From: a virus
Taxonomy: Duplodnaviria; Caudoviricetes
DNA: 33,153 bases
Direction: 5' to 3' (one strand)
IMG/VR virus record: IMGVR_UViG_3300020045_010531
Span: 1 to 33,153 of that record
Numbering within the stretch: position 1 is the stretch's first letter; the number at the start of each line of letters is the position of its first letter. The translations under genes were made by a program, and so were the position numbers. Below the pieces are notes generated by a model. The model searched no databases. It had not been told where the DNA came from and was given only the letters and a program-made list of their open reading frames with translations. This document shows, piece after piece, positions 8,068 to 16,284 of this stretch.

Positions 8068-9018
8068 ATGGCTCAGATCATAGTTCCAGAAAAACGGCAG
8101 GAAAAGAAAAGGGACCTAGTTGATACTATATTGACTGGTTTGCAAGCCGCTTCGTATTTCACGAATATTCAAAATGCAAGAGCTGAACTTGCCGATAGAC
8201 CTGGTATCAAAGCTAGACAAGAACAAATCGATAAGCAAAACTTTGTTCAAAACTTTGTCGAGGTGCCTGATGAAACTCAGGGCGCGGTAAGTTTAGATGT
8301 TCCAGGCGAAAATAGAAAAGGTTTGTTTTTGCCAACGAATCAAATTGCATCGACAGCACAGGTATCTAGCAACAAGGCAAAAGAGCTACAGGACCAATCT
8401 GCAAAAAAATATGAGATTTTAACTAATGTTAGCAAAGAGCTGAATCAGGACAAGGAATTTCAAAGCGCCCGCAATAAAGTCCTTGAATCCACTCAGCTCG
8501 CTAGGTTAGGGGAGGAAGCCCTTAAGGGTAACCAGTCCGCTTTTGAGCAAATGAAAGTAGTTATTGCGAAGCTAAACCAGGGTGGCGTTCTTTCTGATCA
8601 AGACTTGCAGGCAGCTGGTGGGGCGCAATCATACAATGAAAAGATTCAAAGATTCTTTACAACAAAAGTTGTTGGTGATGTGAGGCAGGAGGATGTAGAG
8701 GATCTTTTAGATGTTGCTAAAGTTTCGAGACAATCTGGGCTAGAAACAGCTCAAATAATTAGAAATGGATTTCTCGATCGAGTCGAGAACAGACTTAAAA
8801 ACTCTGGCGTCAAGGATATAGACCGTAAAATCCTCGAACAGGAAATAAGCCAGACCAACGACCTTTTTGCTGCTCAAGACAATTCAAAAATACCAAATAG
8901 AACGACAGCAATTCGCCGAGGTCTTTCGACTCCTCAGAAAAAAAATACACCAACTAAGCCAGCTAGGGATATCAACGAGCAACTTGAAGAGTTCGATAAA
9001 CTAAATGGGGGTCAATAG
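8068..9018 (+). CDS. Putative internal virion protein
   Basis: Helical 316 aa; GAGG SD; context. Confidence 0.5.
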   Translation: MAQIIVPEKRQEKKRDLVDTILTGLQAASYFTNIQNARAELADRPGIKARQEQIDKQNFVQNFVEVPDETQGAVSLDVPGENRKGLFLPTNQIASTAQVSSNKAKELQDQSAKKYEILTNVSKELNQDKEFQSARNKVLESTQLARLGEEALKGNQSAFEQMKVVIAKLNQGGVLSDQDLQAAGGAQSYNEKIQRFFTTKVVGDVRQEDVEDLLDVAKVSRQSGLETAQIIRNGFLDRVENRLKNSGVKDIDRKILEQEISQTNDLFAAQDNSKIPNRTTAIRRGLSTPQKKNTPTKPARDINEQLEEFDKLNGGQ

Positions 9019-10067
9019 TGCCTTTGACCAAGGAAGAATTCTTAAAGCTTACACCTGATCAAAGAGAAGCTGAGTTGGACAACATGCGTTTGCGGAAAGA
9101 ATTCAAATCTCTTCCCGATGCCGACCGCGACAAGGTCTTGGGTATCATGAAGGCAGCAAAGGAAGCTCCTGCAACACAGGGGGAGGCGGCAGCAAGAGGA
9201 ACGGCTCAAGGTTTTCTTTTCAACTTTGCCGATGAATTATCGGCGGGTATTTCAGCAGCAGGCGCTAGATTTATTGGCATGGCTGAATTCCAGCCGACAT
9301 ACCAGAAAGCCCTAGAGGCATATAGAGCGCGAGATAAATTAGCTAAGGATTCCTGGCCAAAAACTTTCATGGGAACAGAAATTGGCGGCGGTGTACTTGC
9401 AGCAGCTATTCCGGTGATGAAGCCATTGCAAGGAGCTGCCAAAGCAAAGGTAGCCTTGAGCACTGGAATGCAAACAGCTGAAAGAATTCTTGGTCAAACT
9501 ACTGCCAAGGAAACCGGAAAAGGATTTGCTAGAGGTGTTGCTGGGGTTGCAAAAGGAACGGCGGGGGGTGCCGCTGCAACTTTGGGAGCATCCGAAAACA
9601 AATCTTTGGATGATCTTAGGGCGGGCGCTACCGCTGGCGGAGCTGCTTCACTAGCTGCCAACATCGCCGGTCCAGCGTTGCGGAAGACCGTTGATAAGAT
9701 CTTGGACAATCCCAAGGCTGTATTGAATGCGGGAATCGACGTTGTAACTGGTGGGATTAGTTCCGTAGCTAGAACCGCACTCAGCGGGAAAGCAGTTCAA
9801 GCGGCTCGTAATGCCGCGGCTGAAGCTATTAGCAAAAAGGGTGCCAAGGTAAGCATGGATGGGTTGAACAAGGCTTTAACCTCTGGGCCATACGCAAAGA
9901 CCCTTACCGAGGTTTTCGAGAAACAAGGTGGCGCGGGTCTTGCCTATGCTCATTACAAGCTACTTAGCGAGGACCCAAATTATTCAAAATTCATCCAGGA
10001 AAAAGAGGCTCCTCAGACAAAGGACAATCCTCCTCCGGCTCGACTTCCTGATTTTCGATCTCTTTGA
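9018..10067 (+). CDS. Putative internal virion / DNA-transfer protein
   Basis: RGTAQGFLFNFADEL motif and A/G-rich helices typical of podovirus ejection proteins. Confidence 0.6.
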   Translation: MPLTKEEFLKLTPDQREAELDNMRLRKEFKSLPDADRDKVLGIMKAAKEAPATQGEAAARGTAQGFLFNFADELSAGISAAGARFIGMAEFQPTYQKALEAYRARDKLAKDSWPKTFMGTEIGGGVLAAAIPVMKPLQGAAKAKVALSTGMQTAERILGQTTAKETGKGFARGVAGVAKGTAGGAAATLGASENKSLDDLRAGATAGGAASLAANIAGPALRKTVDKILDNPKAVLNAGIDVVTGGISSVARTALSGKAVQAARNAAAEAISKKGAKVSMDGLNKALTSGPYAKTLTEVFEKQGGAGLAYAHYKLLSEDPNYSKFIQEKEAPQTKDNPPPARLPDFRSL

Positions 10068-10227
10068 GCCATTTCAAAACCGACTCTTTCAAATATTTAT
10101 GCCTACTTTTTATTTTTATACTTGGCGGCCCACTGCCGTCTTTCCTCATTTTTATTAGCGTGTTTAGAGAACAGCGCAGCATTTTTGCAGTTTCTTCCTC
10201 GGTCATTACCGGAAAACATTCACTCAT
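9991..10227 (-). CDS. Excisionase/AlpA-like helix-turn-helix protein
   Basis: MTEEETAKMLRCSLNTLIKMRKDGSGPPSIKI...Y....V..WL. Confidence 0.8.
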   Translation of the reverse strand: MSECFPVMTEEETAKMLRCSLNTLIKMRKDGSGPPSIKIKSRHKYLKESVLKWLKEIENQEVEPEEDCPLSEEPLFPG

Positions 10228-10643
10228 TTGAACTTCCCTTTTTCTAGGTATTCTAAAACCTCTTTAGATGTCCCGCTAAATGCATCCCATTCTTTCACCC
10301 GATCCTTGATCGTGGTTGCTCTAGTCATTGGGGCTTTGCCGATAGCTTTGCCTTCTCTCTCCATGTACCTTTTTGCAATCAAGCTAGGTTCCTCAACAAT
10401 AAAAACAGGGATCACCTCTAGGCGCATCTTTTCAAGTTTTTCCTTTAGTACTCTCTCGCCAAAAGGGCATTCGGTAACTACGGGCCGCGTGGTTGTTTCA
10501 GACACTGCTTGTATGACAGTTGGCAAGTCGTCCCGGTACTGATCGTGGGAGATGTAAGCGAACTTCTCGGGATCAAGCTGCTTGGCTACCCAAGTTTTGC
10601 CACTTCCAGAAACCCCACAGATTAGAATGACCTTTTTCATCAC
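10224..10643 (-). CDS. P-loop kinase (nucleotide-kinase-like)
   Basis: N-terminal VILICGVSGSGKT Walker A; lid-like KRYMER; GGGGAGGG SD. Confidence 0.75.
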   Translation of the reverse strand: MMKKVILICGVSGSGKTWVAKQLDPEKFAYISHDQYRDDLPTVIQAVSETTTRPVVTECPFGERVLKEKLEKMRLEVIPVFIVEEPSLIAKRYMEREGKAIGKAPMTRATTIKDRVKEWDAFSGTSKEVLEYLEKGKFK

Positions 10644-10664
10644 AACCCTCCCCTAATAAGATCT

Positions 10665-10691
10665 TTATCGGCAAAATAACCCAAAACTTGA
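10665..10691 (-). promoter_or_regulatory. Sigma28 (FliA)-type promoter for the kinase-HTH operon
   Basis: The minus strand reads TCAAGTTT-N11-GCCGATAA against the consensus TAAAGTTT-N11-GCCGATAA. Confidence 0.75.
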
Positions 10692-10716
10692 CAAAAACCA
10701 ACAAAATAAGTATAAA
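10688..10716 (+). promoter_or_regulatory. Sigma70-type promoter
   Basis: TTGACA-N17-TATAAA. Confidence 0.6.
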
Positions 10717-10760
10717 TACGTCAAAATATGCTGTTTATTCAACAATATATAAGATTTATC

Positions 10761-10787
10761 TTTAGTTTGGCGGAAATGATCCGATAA
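10761..10787 (+). promoter_or_regulatory. Sigma28-type promoter for the HTH-lipoprotein operon
   Basis: TTTAGTTT-N11-TCCGATAA, 30 nt before the GTG start at 10818. Confidence 0.6.
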
Positions 10788-10817
10788 GTATCTTGTATGT
10801 AGAGATGGAGGTTTTAG

Positions 10818-11189
10818 GTGTTAAATACAATGCAAGCAGCTGAATACACGGGGATTCCCGCAGATCTATTGGCAAAAATGAGGGTAAGGCCAACAACTAC
10901 TCTCCAAAGTCCCCCGTTTCGCCGGGTGCTTAATAAGGAGGGGGTACCACAGTACTGCTATTCAAAGGCTGAGCTTAAGGATTGGATGGCTAAGCGCAAT
11001 TGCCTGCTTACAGCCGGGGAGGCAGCCATGGCCCTAGGGATTAGCCGAGACGAGCTTTTAAGCCTATCTTCCGGCTCTTACAAAGTAGGAAAAAGCGGTG
11101 CCGTTGTGGTCGTTTATCCAAATAAAAACATTTATCTATTTAGATCGGCGCAAAAGCTCCGATCAGTCAAAAAGAGGAGGGTAGCGTAA
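10818..11189 (+). CDS. Double excisionase-like HTH DNA-binding protein
   Basis: LNTMQAAEYTGI...L.KMR and LLTAGEAAMALGISR; GGAGG SD. Confidence 0.7.
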   Translation: MLNTMQAAEYTGIPADLLAKMRVRPTTTLQSPPFRRVLNKEGVPQYCYSKAELKDWMAKRNCLLTAGEAAMALGISRDELLSLSSGSYKVGKSGAVVVVYPNKNIYLFRSAQKLRSVKKRRVA

Positions 11190-11842
11190 TGTTTAAGCTT
11201 ATTTTGATGTCTTTTTTAGTTGTTAGTTGTGGTCAAGACGATAGCGGTTCTTCTTCGAGCCAGAGCGTCTCAGAAACTACCGAGGTCAAGGCAACACTGG
11301 TTGCAGACCTAAGCAAGGTCGAATGCACTGAGGATAATCAAGGTGCCTTAGTCTACCTTAAAGATGTGGGTTTTTATTTTTGCGATCTAGAGCTTTGGGT
11401 TCCTATTGAGATCAAAGGAAAAGATGGCAAAGACGGGAGAGATGGCCTTGACGGTCAATCCGGAAAAGACGGCTCCGACGGTTCGAACGGTCGAGATGGT
11501 GTTAACGGTGTTGCTGGCAAAAACGGTATTGATGACATCGATTCCGATGCTTTTTGGATCAACCCGATTACCGAAGCGAGGTATATCCTAGTCACTGGGT
11601 CGAACGGTTCTTTTGCTGCAAACTATGACGGTTCTTGCCCATTGGGTAGCAAAAAGCCAGATAGCGCTGATGAAGTCAAAGCTGCATATTGGCACTTTAA
11701 GCAAAAATTTGTTTATAACGCTGAAGTTACCCAAGTAGGCAATGGCTATGCTCGTTATGTGATGGATGCAACTGGATCGGTCTTGTTTGGCGCATATGAC
11801 GCAACAACATCATTCCCATTTATTTGCAAGATTGTGGAGTAG
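11189..11842 (+). CDS. Lipoprotein with collagen-like (Gly-X-Y) repeat
   Basis: Signal peptide ending in lipobox VVSC, a Ser-rich linker, and about 13 consecutive G-X-Y triplets (GKDGKDGRDGLDG...). Confidence 0.85.
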   Translation: MFKLILMSFLVVSCGQDDSGSSSSQSVSETTEVKATLVADLSKVECTEDNQGALVYLKDVGFYFCDLELWVPIEIKGKDGKDGRDGLDGQSGKDGSDGSNGRDGVNGVAGKNGIDDIDSDAFWINPITEARYILVTGSNGSFAANYDGSCPLGSKKPDSADEVKAAYWHFKQKFVYNAEVTQVGNGYARYVMDATGSVLFGAYDATTSFPFICKIVE

Positions 11843-11848
11843 GAAATC

Positions 11849-12052
11849 ATGAAGCTAAACGAAATGGATCTAGGGCAACTATTAGAAATTTTCGAAGGGT
11901 TGACCGATCGTCAAGAAGCTCTAAGGATAATGCAAGATCGTCTTGATGTAGCTGAAAGGCAAGAGTTAGAACATATTGAAGCAGTTATAGCCGGATTTAA
12001 GTCCTACATCAAATGGAGACAAGAGCGAAATATGTTGCTCAGGGCTATCTAA
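11849..12052 (+). CDS. Hypothetical protein
   Basis: AGGA SD; helical 67 aa. Confidence 0.55.
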   Translation: MKLNEMDLGQLLEIFEGLTDRQEALRIMQDRLDVAERQELEHIEAVIAGFKSYIKWRQERNMLLRAI

Positions 12053-12309
12053 AACTCCCGATCCTTCTCCCGTCGCCACTGCTCAGCTTCCGAGTTATAG
12101 ACGGGTTTTTTCTTTTCTTGTGGGACGCTGAAAAACCCCTTACCTGGCACGGCGATCTTTTTCTTTATCTTGGGCTCTTCCCACCCGCCTGTTATCCCGA
12201 GATCTCGCTTGATATCCTTGCGCAGTCGCCAAATTGCGTACCAGCAATAAAGGCTAAGCAGAAATAAAATAGCTGCGCCGATATAGGTTGGCAGTAGTTC
12301 CAACCTCAT
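12049..12309 (-). CDS. Small membrane protein
   Basis: N-terminal TM segment and basic tail; 4-bp overlap with the upstream gene. Confidence 0.6.
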   Translation of the reverse strand: MRLELLPTYIGAAILFLLSLYCWYAIWRLRKDIKRDLGITGGWEEPKIKKKIAVPGKGFFSVPQEKKKPVYNSEAEQWRREKDREF

Positions 12310-12494
12310 TTTAAATGACCAACGACCTTGGCGATGAATTTAACTAGATCAAGCTCAGATTTTGGATATCGCCCGAACTTTTCGACTATCGCAGTTTCGA
12401 CCTCGTTGATTTTGCATTGGGCTACAAAACGCTTAGCTTCGATCTCTTCCAAAGTTTTTTCTAAGCCGGTGCTTTCTTTATCTTGCTCAGTCAT
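12306..12494 (-). CDS. Hypothetical protein
   Basis: Likely start MTEQDK at 12494 with AGGGG SD. Confidence 0.5.
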   Translation of the reverse strand: MTEQDKESTGLEKTLEEIEAKRFVAQCKINEVETAIVEKFGRYPKSELDLVKFIAKVVGHLK

Positions 12495-12702
12495 TTGGTC
12501 CCCTGTATTGGATGATGCTGCCCTTGTCGATGACCTCGATTCTAACAACCGCGGGTCCGCTTAGGATACTACTAAGTAGCTTCTGAGCTGTGTCGTCTAG
12601 CGCTGGCTTCTTTGATTTGCGATGCACAAATCTTGCATAAAACAGCGACACTACCATACCGACAATTGATATTCCCGCGATCAGTCCTAAAATTGCTTCC
12701 AT
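12487..12702 (-). CDS. Small membrane protein
   Basis: Start MEAILG with GGGGG SD; one TM helix. Confidence 0.55.
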   Translation of the reverse strand: MEAILGLIAGISIVGMVVSLFYARFVHRKSKKPALDDTAQKLLSSILSGPAVVRIEVIDKGSIIQYRGPND

Positions 12703-12869
12703 ACGTTCCCCCATGTGCACATTTTGCGACATCCAGCAAGAAATTTCCAGGTGTAATCTGTCCTATCTTTTTCGTGGTTGACATTATTTCCCCGCCAAAC
12801 TCCCAATAACCATACGCCATGCTAAAATATCCATACAAAATCTAAAAAATCAAAGACGGAGTCTCAATA

Positions 12870-13133
12870 ATGGTGGTAGGCGTTGAAAAATCAAAAGAAA
12901 CGTTGGCTGATTTGGCAGAACTGGCCTGTGACGGAATTGATCTTTTCAAAAAGGGTATTGGTCTGGGATCGTTTGGCAAGATTGTGGAGATTCTCGCCGA
13001 TGTCAAAGAATTGATCGCCGATGCTCCGTTAGCTCTTCCTGAGTTAGCAGACCTAAACGCCGTAGAAGCCGCCGAGCTTGGCGCTGCCGCTTATGTTGCC
13101 GTCAAAAAAATCGTGGATGCGGTCCGCAAATAA
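12870..13133 (+). CDS. Hypothetical helical protein
   Basis: GGAG SD; amphipathic 87 aa. Confidence 0.6.
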   Translation: MVVGVEKSKETLADLAELACDGIDLFKKGIGLGSFGKIVEILADVKELIADAPLALPELADLNAVEAAELGAAAYVAVKKIVDAVRK

Positions 13134-13145
13134 AAGGACCAAACT

Positions 13146-13442
13146 ATGGAGTTACGCCTTGATGCCATTTTGGGCTCTCTCGTTACTGCGCTCGTTAGCA
13201 GCGGAAGCGTTGTATGGTTTGCGAAAGCCTATATCCAAAAAATTATTGCGGATGTGGCGGAAATTGGCAAGAAGACGCAAAAAATTGACACGACGCTAGC
13301 ACGGATCGAGACACGATTAAAATACGCCGACGAAGATCACGAGACCGTCAAACATTTGGCGGTTAAAGTTGCATCGATGGAAGCGGAATTTTCATCGTTC
13401 TCGAAATGGCAACCCTCGTTAAACGGGCGGGCTCCCAACTAA
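13146..13442 (+). CDS. Holin-like protein (N-terminal TM plus coiled coil)
   Basis: Hydrophobic residues ~7-26 followed by a heptad pattern; AGGA SD. The function is inferred. Confidence 0.45.
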   Translation: MELRLDAILGSLVTALVSSGSVVWFAKAYIQKIIADVAEIGKKTQKIDTTLARIETRLKYADEDHETVKHLAVKVASMEAEFSSFSKWQPSLNGRAPN

Positions 13443-13471
13443 TTAGCGGGAAACCGTGTTATTCTTTTTCT

Positions 13472-14011
13472 ATGATCACCGACGAACAAATTAGAAATAT
13501 TGCAACTAGAGCTAGGAAATTTGCTTATAGCAAAGGTGGCAAACTTGGTAATCAGATTGATCCAGATGATTTTTCCCAGTTTTGCGTACACTACTATCTT
13601 GAAAAAGGTTCCGTTCCGCCTAGAATTTCAATGATTCGTAGGTTTGCTGATTTTATGCGCGAACGATTTGGATATCGAACGGATACCGATAGCCAGATAG
13701 CAAAGAGATCTATAAATCAAAGCGCGAAACAGCTTAAAGTTACATCTGACAAAGGTGTTGGCGCTAAAAAAATGATTGATAGAGCACTTCTTAAGTCATT
13801 AAATACTTACTTTCTCACGCTCGATAAGTACCAAAGAGTTATTTATGTTCTTTACCACTCCTACGAAATTAGTTTGCAAGAAATTGCCGATATGCGGGGA
13901 GTAGATGAGAGCCGGATTAGTCAAGAATTGACCGAAATACAGGGCGTAATAGATCGCAATATAAGGCGTGAGGGCCGGTTGAGAAAAAAGCCGAGCTTGA
14001 CGCTTAGTTAG
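13472..14011 (+). CDS. Sigma70-family sigma-factor-like protein with a FliA/WhiG-like region 4
   Basis: LDKYQRVIYVLYHSYEISLQEIADMRGVDESRISQ matches the sigma28 region-4 HTH. IDPDDFSQ...RRFADFMR resembles a degenerate region 2. Confidence 0.75.
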   Translation: MITDEQIRNIATRARKFAYSKGGKLGNQIDPDDFSQFCVHYYLEKGSVPPRISMIRRFADFMRERFGYRTDTDSQIAKRSINQSAKQLKVTSDKGVGAKKMIDRALLKSLNTYFLTLDKYQRVIYVLYHSYEISLQEIADMRGVDESRISQELTEIQGVIDRNIRREGRLRKKPSLTLS

Positions 14012-14138
14012 CTAATCCTCGTTCAATGATTTGTTCAGCGAACACTAGCGCCTCTTTAGCTCTTTTCCGCCAAATGTAATAAGTGATAGCTGAATACACG
14101 TTAGCGAAAACCGCAATAGTTGTACAAATCAGCAACAT
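14004..14138 (-). CDS. 44-aa membrane peptide downstream of the peptidase
   Basis: Hand translation gives MLLICTTIAVFANVYSAITYYIWRKRAKEALVFAEQIIERGLAN; below the ORF-track cutoff. Confidence 0.45.
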   Translation of the reverse strand: MLLICTTIAVFANVYSAITYYIWRKRAKEALVFAEQIIERGLAN

Positions 14139-14149
14139 GTTTTCGCGGT

Positions 14150-14557
14150 CTAATAGGTCCAAGCGGCTTCCCCTTTCCTCACGTCCAGATGCAAGCGATT
14201 CCTGCCCATGCCGATCCCGTTAAATTTAGGCACGTCTGGAAACTCGGTCATTGCAACCTTGAGAATCTTGAACACCTGCCAAGCTTTAAGATGCACAATC
14301 TTGATATCAACCGCGGCTCCCTTGAGATGATAGCTTGAAGGTTTTCCATCTACCTGCTTGTTTCTAGCTTCGCAGCGATAGCCTGATTCAATCACAAGGG
14401 GAAAACCGACTTCGTGGCGTAGGTTGTCCAAAGCAATTAGAAGATCATCCTCAACGAGCAATTGTTTGCAGCATTTGCATTCGAGTTCATCCGGGGTGAA
14501 ATAATCGCACATTCTGACGACTTTAGCGCGGGCAGCTTCTGTTTCGATCACTGTCAT
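14150..14557 (-). CDS. Peptidase M15A (Zn peptidoglycan peptidase; probable endolysin)
   Basis: YFTPDELECKCC, SGYRC..RN..V.G...S.HLKGAAVDI and HLDVR motifs. Confidence 0.9.
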   Translation of the reverse strand: MTVIETEAARAKVVRMCDYFTPDELECKCCKQLLVEDDLLIALDNLRHEVGFPLVIESGYRCEARNKQVDGKPSSYHLKGAAVDIKIVHLKAWQVFKILKVAMTEFPDVPKFNGIGMGRNRLHLDVRKGEAAWTY

Positions 14558-15156
14558 GGCAGTACCTCGATGATGTTAAAATCTTCCTTATCTGCATTTT
14601 TGCCGTTAGTGTGATAGCTGAAACCATAGCTATCAACGCAAAAAGTATTGCTTTCAGATCGCCAGGAAGTAACAACAGTAATATCCCCATTTCTCAGCTT
14701 AACCCGCTTGCCCACGTCGTCAGGCGTTAGATTTATCTCGGGCTTGGGTTCTTCGTAGATTTCCCATTGAAAATCTTCGCTCCCTAGCATCCCCATAAAA
14801 TCGTTTCTAACATCTGAATCTTCGCAAACAATCCCATGGGGATATTTAAATTCGATGTAAGCGAACTTATTAAACCAAGTAGCAACTCTTATTTTCTTCC
14901 CGCCCAGAAGTGCCTCAAATCTCTCAATTGGTGTTAGTGATTTGTTCATGTTAACCATCCATAAATGTTTGTCAGGTAGAATAAACCCAGTTACGTTTTC
15001 TGGACATCTTTCGTCGGCTATCAACGTCCAAGGTCCGCTTTTGAGAAGATTCAGCATCGCTTGGCCAAGTGATACAGCTTTGCTTCCATCCCCTAATCCG
15101 TCCGCCCCGAACATCTCTAGATCTTGTGCTATCTTCTTGATCTCTTCTAGCTTCAT
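14554..15156 (-). CDS. Hypothetical mosaic phage protein
   Basis: ATGA overlaps at both ends; C-terminal VGKRVKLRNGD module. Confidence 0.6.
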   Translation of the reverse strand: MKLEEIKKIAQDLEMFGADGLGDGSKAVSLGQAMLNLLKSGPWTLIADERCPENVTGFILPDKHLWMVNMNKSLTPIERFEALLGGKKIRVATWFNKFAYIEFKYPHGIVCEDSDVRNDFMGMLGSEDFQWEIYEEPKPEINLTPDDVGKRVKLRNGDITVVTSWRSESNTFCVDSYGFSYHTNGKNADKEDFNIIEVLP

Positions 15157-15527
15157 TCTCGTTCCAGATCTTTCAAAACTTTATCCAATTTCTCCCAACT
15201 ATCGGCATAAAATTGAGGTGGTCCGTTGTCACCATCTCCGACCATTTCATGAAATTCCTTAGCCGCTTCCACAACATTCATGAGTTTCCTAATCTCGGCA
15301 ATGGCCCATGGCACGAACTCGCGGGATGATGCGATAAATCGGAAATCTTCGATTCGATGCGGGGCGGTTGGATAGTAGTTGGTATCTGAAATAAGTGTCA
15401 TCTTACCATCGGGATAGTATGCGATTGGTCCTGGTGCAATTATTTCATTGTCAAAGCCGCATTTTAACAACCAAGGCCCCGGCGTCGCTTCCTTCTCTAG
15501 TTCTTCCATTTCTTCGAGTTTAATCAT
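15153..15527 (-). CDS. Ead/Ea22-like phage protein
   Basis: LEKEATPGPW...DFRFIASSR..VPWAIAEIRKL motif. Confidence 0.7.
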   Translation of the reverse strand: MIKLEEMEELEKEATPGPWLLKCGFDNEIIAPGPIAYYPDGKMTLISDTNYYPTAPHRIEDFRFIASSREFVPWAIAEIRKLMNVVEAAKEFHEMVGDGDNGPPQFYADSWEKLDKVLKDLERE

Positions 15528-15802
15528 GGTAACCTCCCCAGCAAATAAGCCAAAAAACCAAGAAAGGCCACAATAATAGCGGCGTTACATATAACCTCAA
15601 CCGAGTTACAAGCAATCGTCAAGATGTGACCTCGGTTTTCTCTCTTTCGCAATGCTGCTGCTTAATTTCTTCGATCTCGCAAAATAGAAGCCCTAGGGCT
15701 AGCATCAACTCGTAAAATCCTGGCATTATTCTTCCTCCTCTTCTTCGTTTCCGAAAATCATTTCAAATACCGCGACACAAAACCAAAATAAATATCCCGC
15801 CA

Positions 15803-15976
15803 TTATCGCATAGCCTTTATGTCTCGATATCTATCCCGCAAATCCTGATCGATATCTTGCTGCGTCAAATCGCTGTCAAGTATCGGCCAAATCACATTTG
15901 TGCCGCGTCTTTTTAGTCTCCGACGGATGCGAGCAATTGCTGGTTCTGGGTTTGGTTGATCGTCGTTAGGTTTCAT
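15803..15976 (-). CDS. Hypothetical protein
   Basis: ATGA overlap upstream and TAATG overlap downstream. Confidence 0.5.
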   Translation of the reverse strand: MKPNDDQPNPEPAIARIRRRLKRRGTNVIWPILDSDLTQQDIDQDLRDRYRDIKAMR

Positions 15977-16284
15977 TTTGGTTCCAATCCTAATGTTTCC
16001 CATAAAACTTTTGGGGTGACCTTGCGCAAATTTTCGATGTCCTCTTCATCTGCTATCTCGTCAAACTCGCCGCCTGCAATCCTATCCGCCAAATATCCAA
16101 CACCCATGGCTTTTAGCCTGTTGTACGCTTCGACTTTGCCGCATAGGTATTTCTTGTTTTTGAAATCGTGATACTCGCCAGCTAACGCTTCTTTGATCAT
16201 TTCCTTTACGTCGTCGCTTTTCGGGAGCTTTTCCAGTTCTTGCACTAGCTCCACCATTGTGCTCTTGATTTTTTTAGTTCTCAT
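15973..16284 (-). CDS. Hypothetical protein
   Basis: Translationally coupled to recT; AGEYHDFK motif. Confidence 0.6.
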   Translation of the reverse strand: MRTKKIKSTMVELVQELEKLPKSDDVKEMIKEALAGEYHDFKNKKYLCGKVEAYNRLKAMGVGYLADRIAGGEFDEIADEEDIENLRKVTPKVLWETLGLEPK

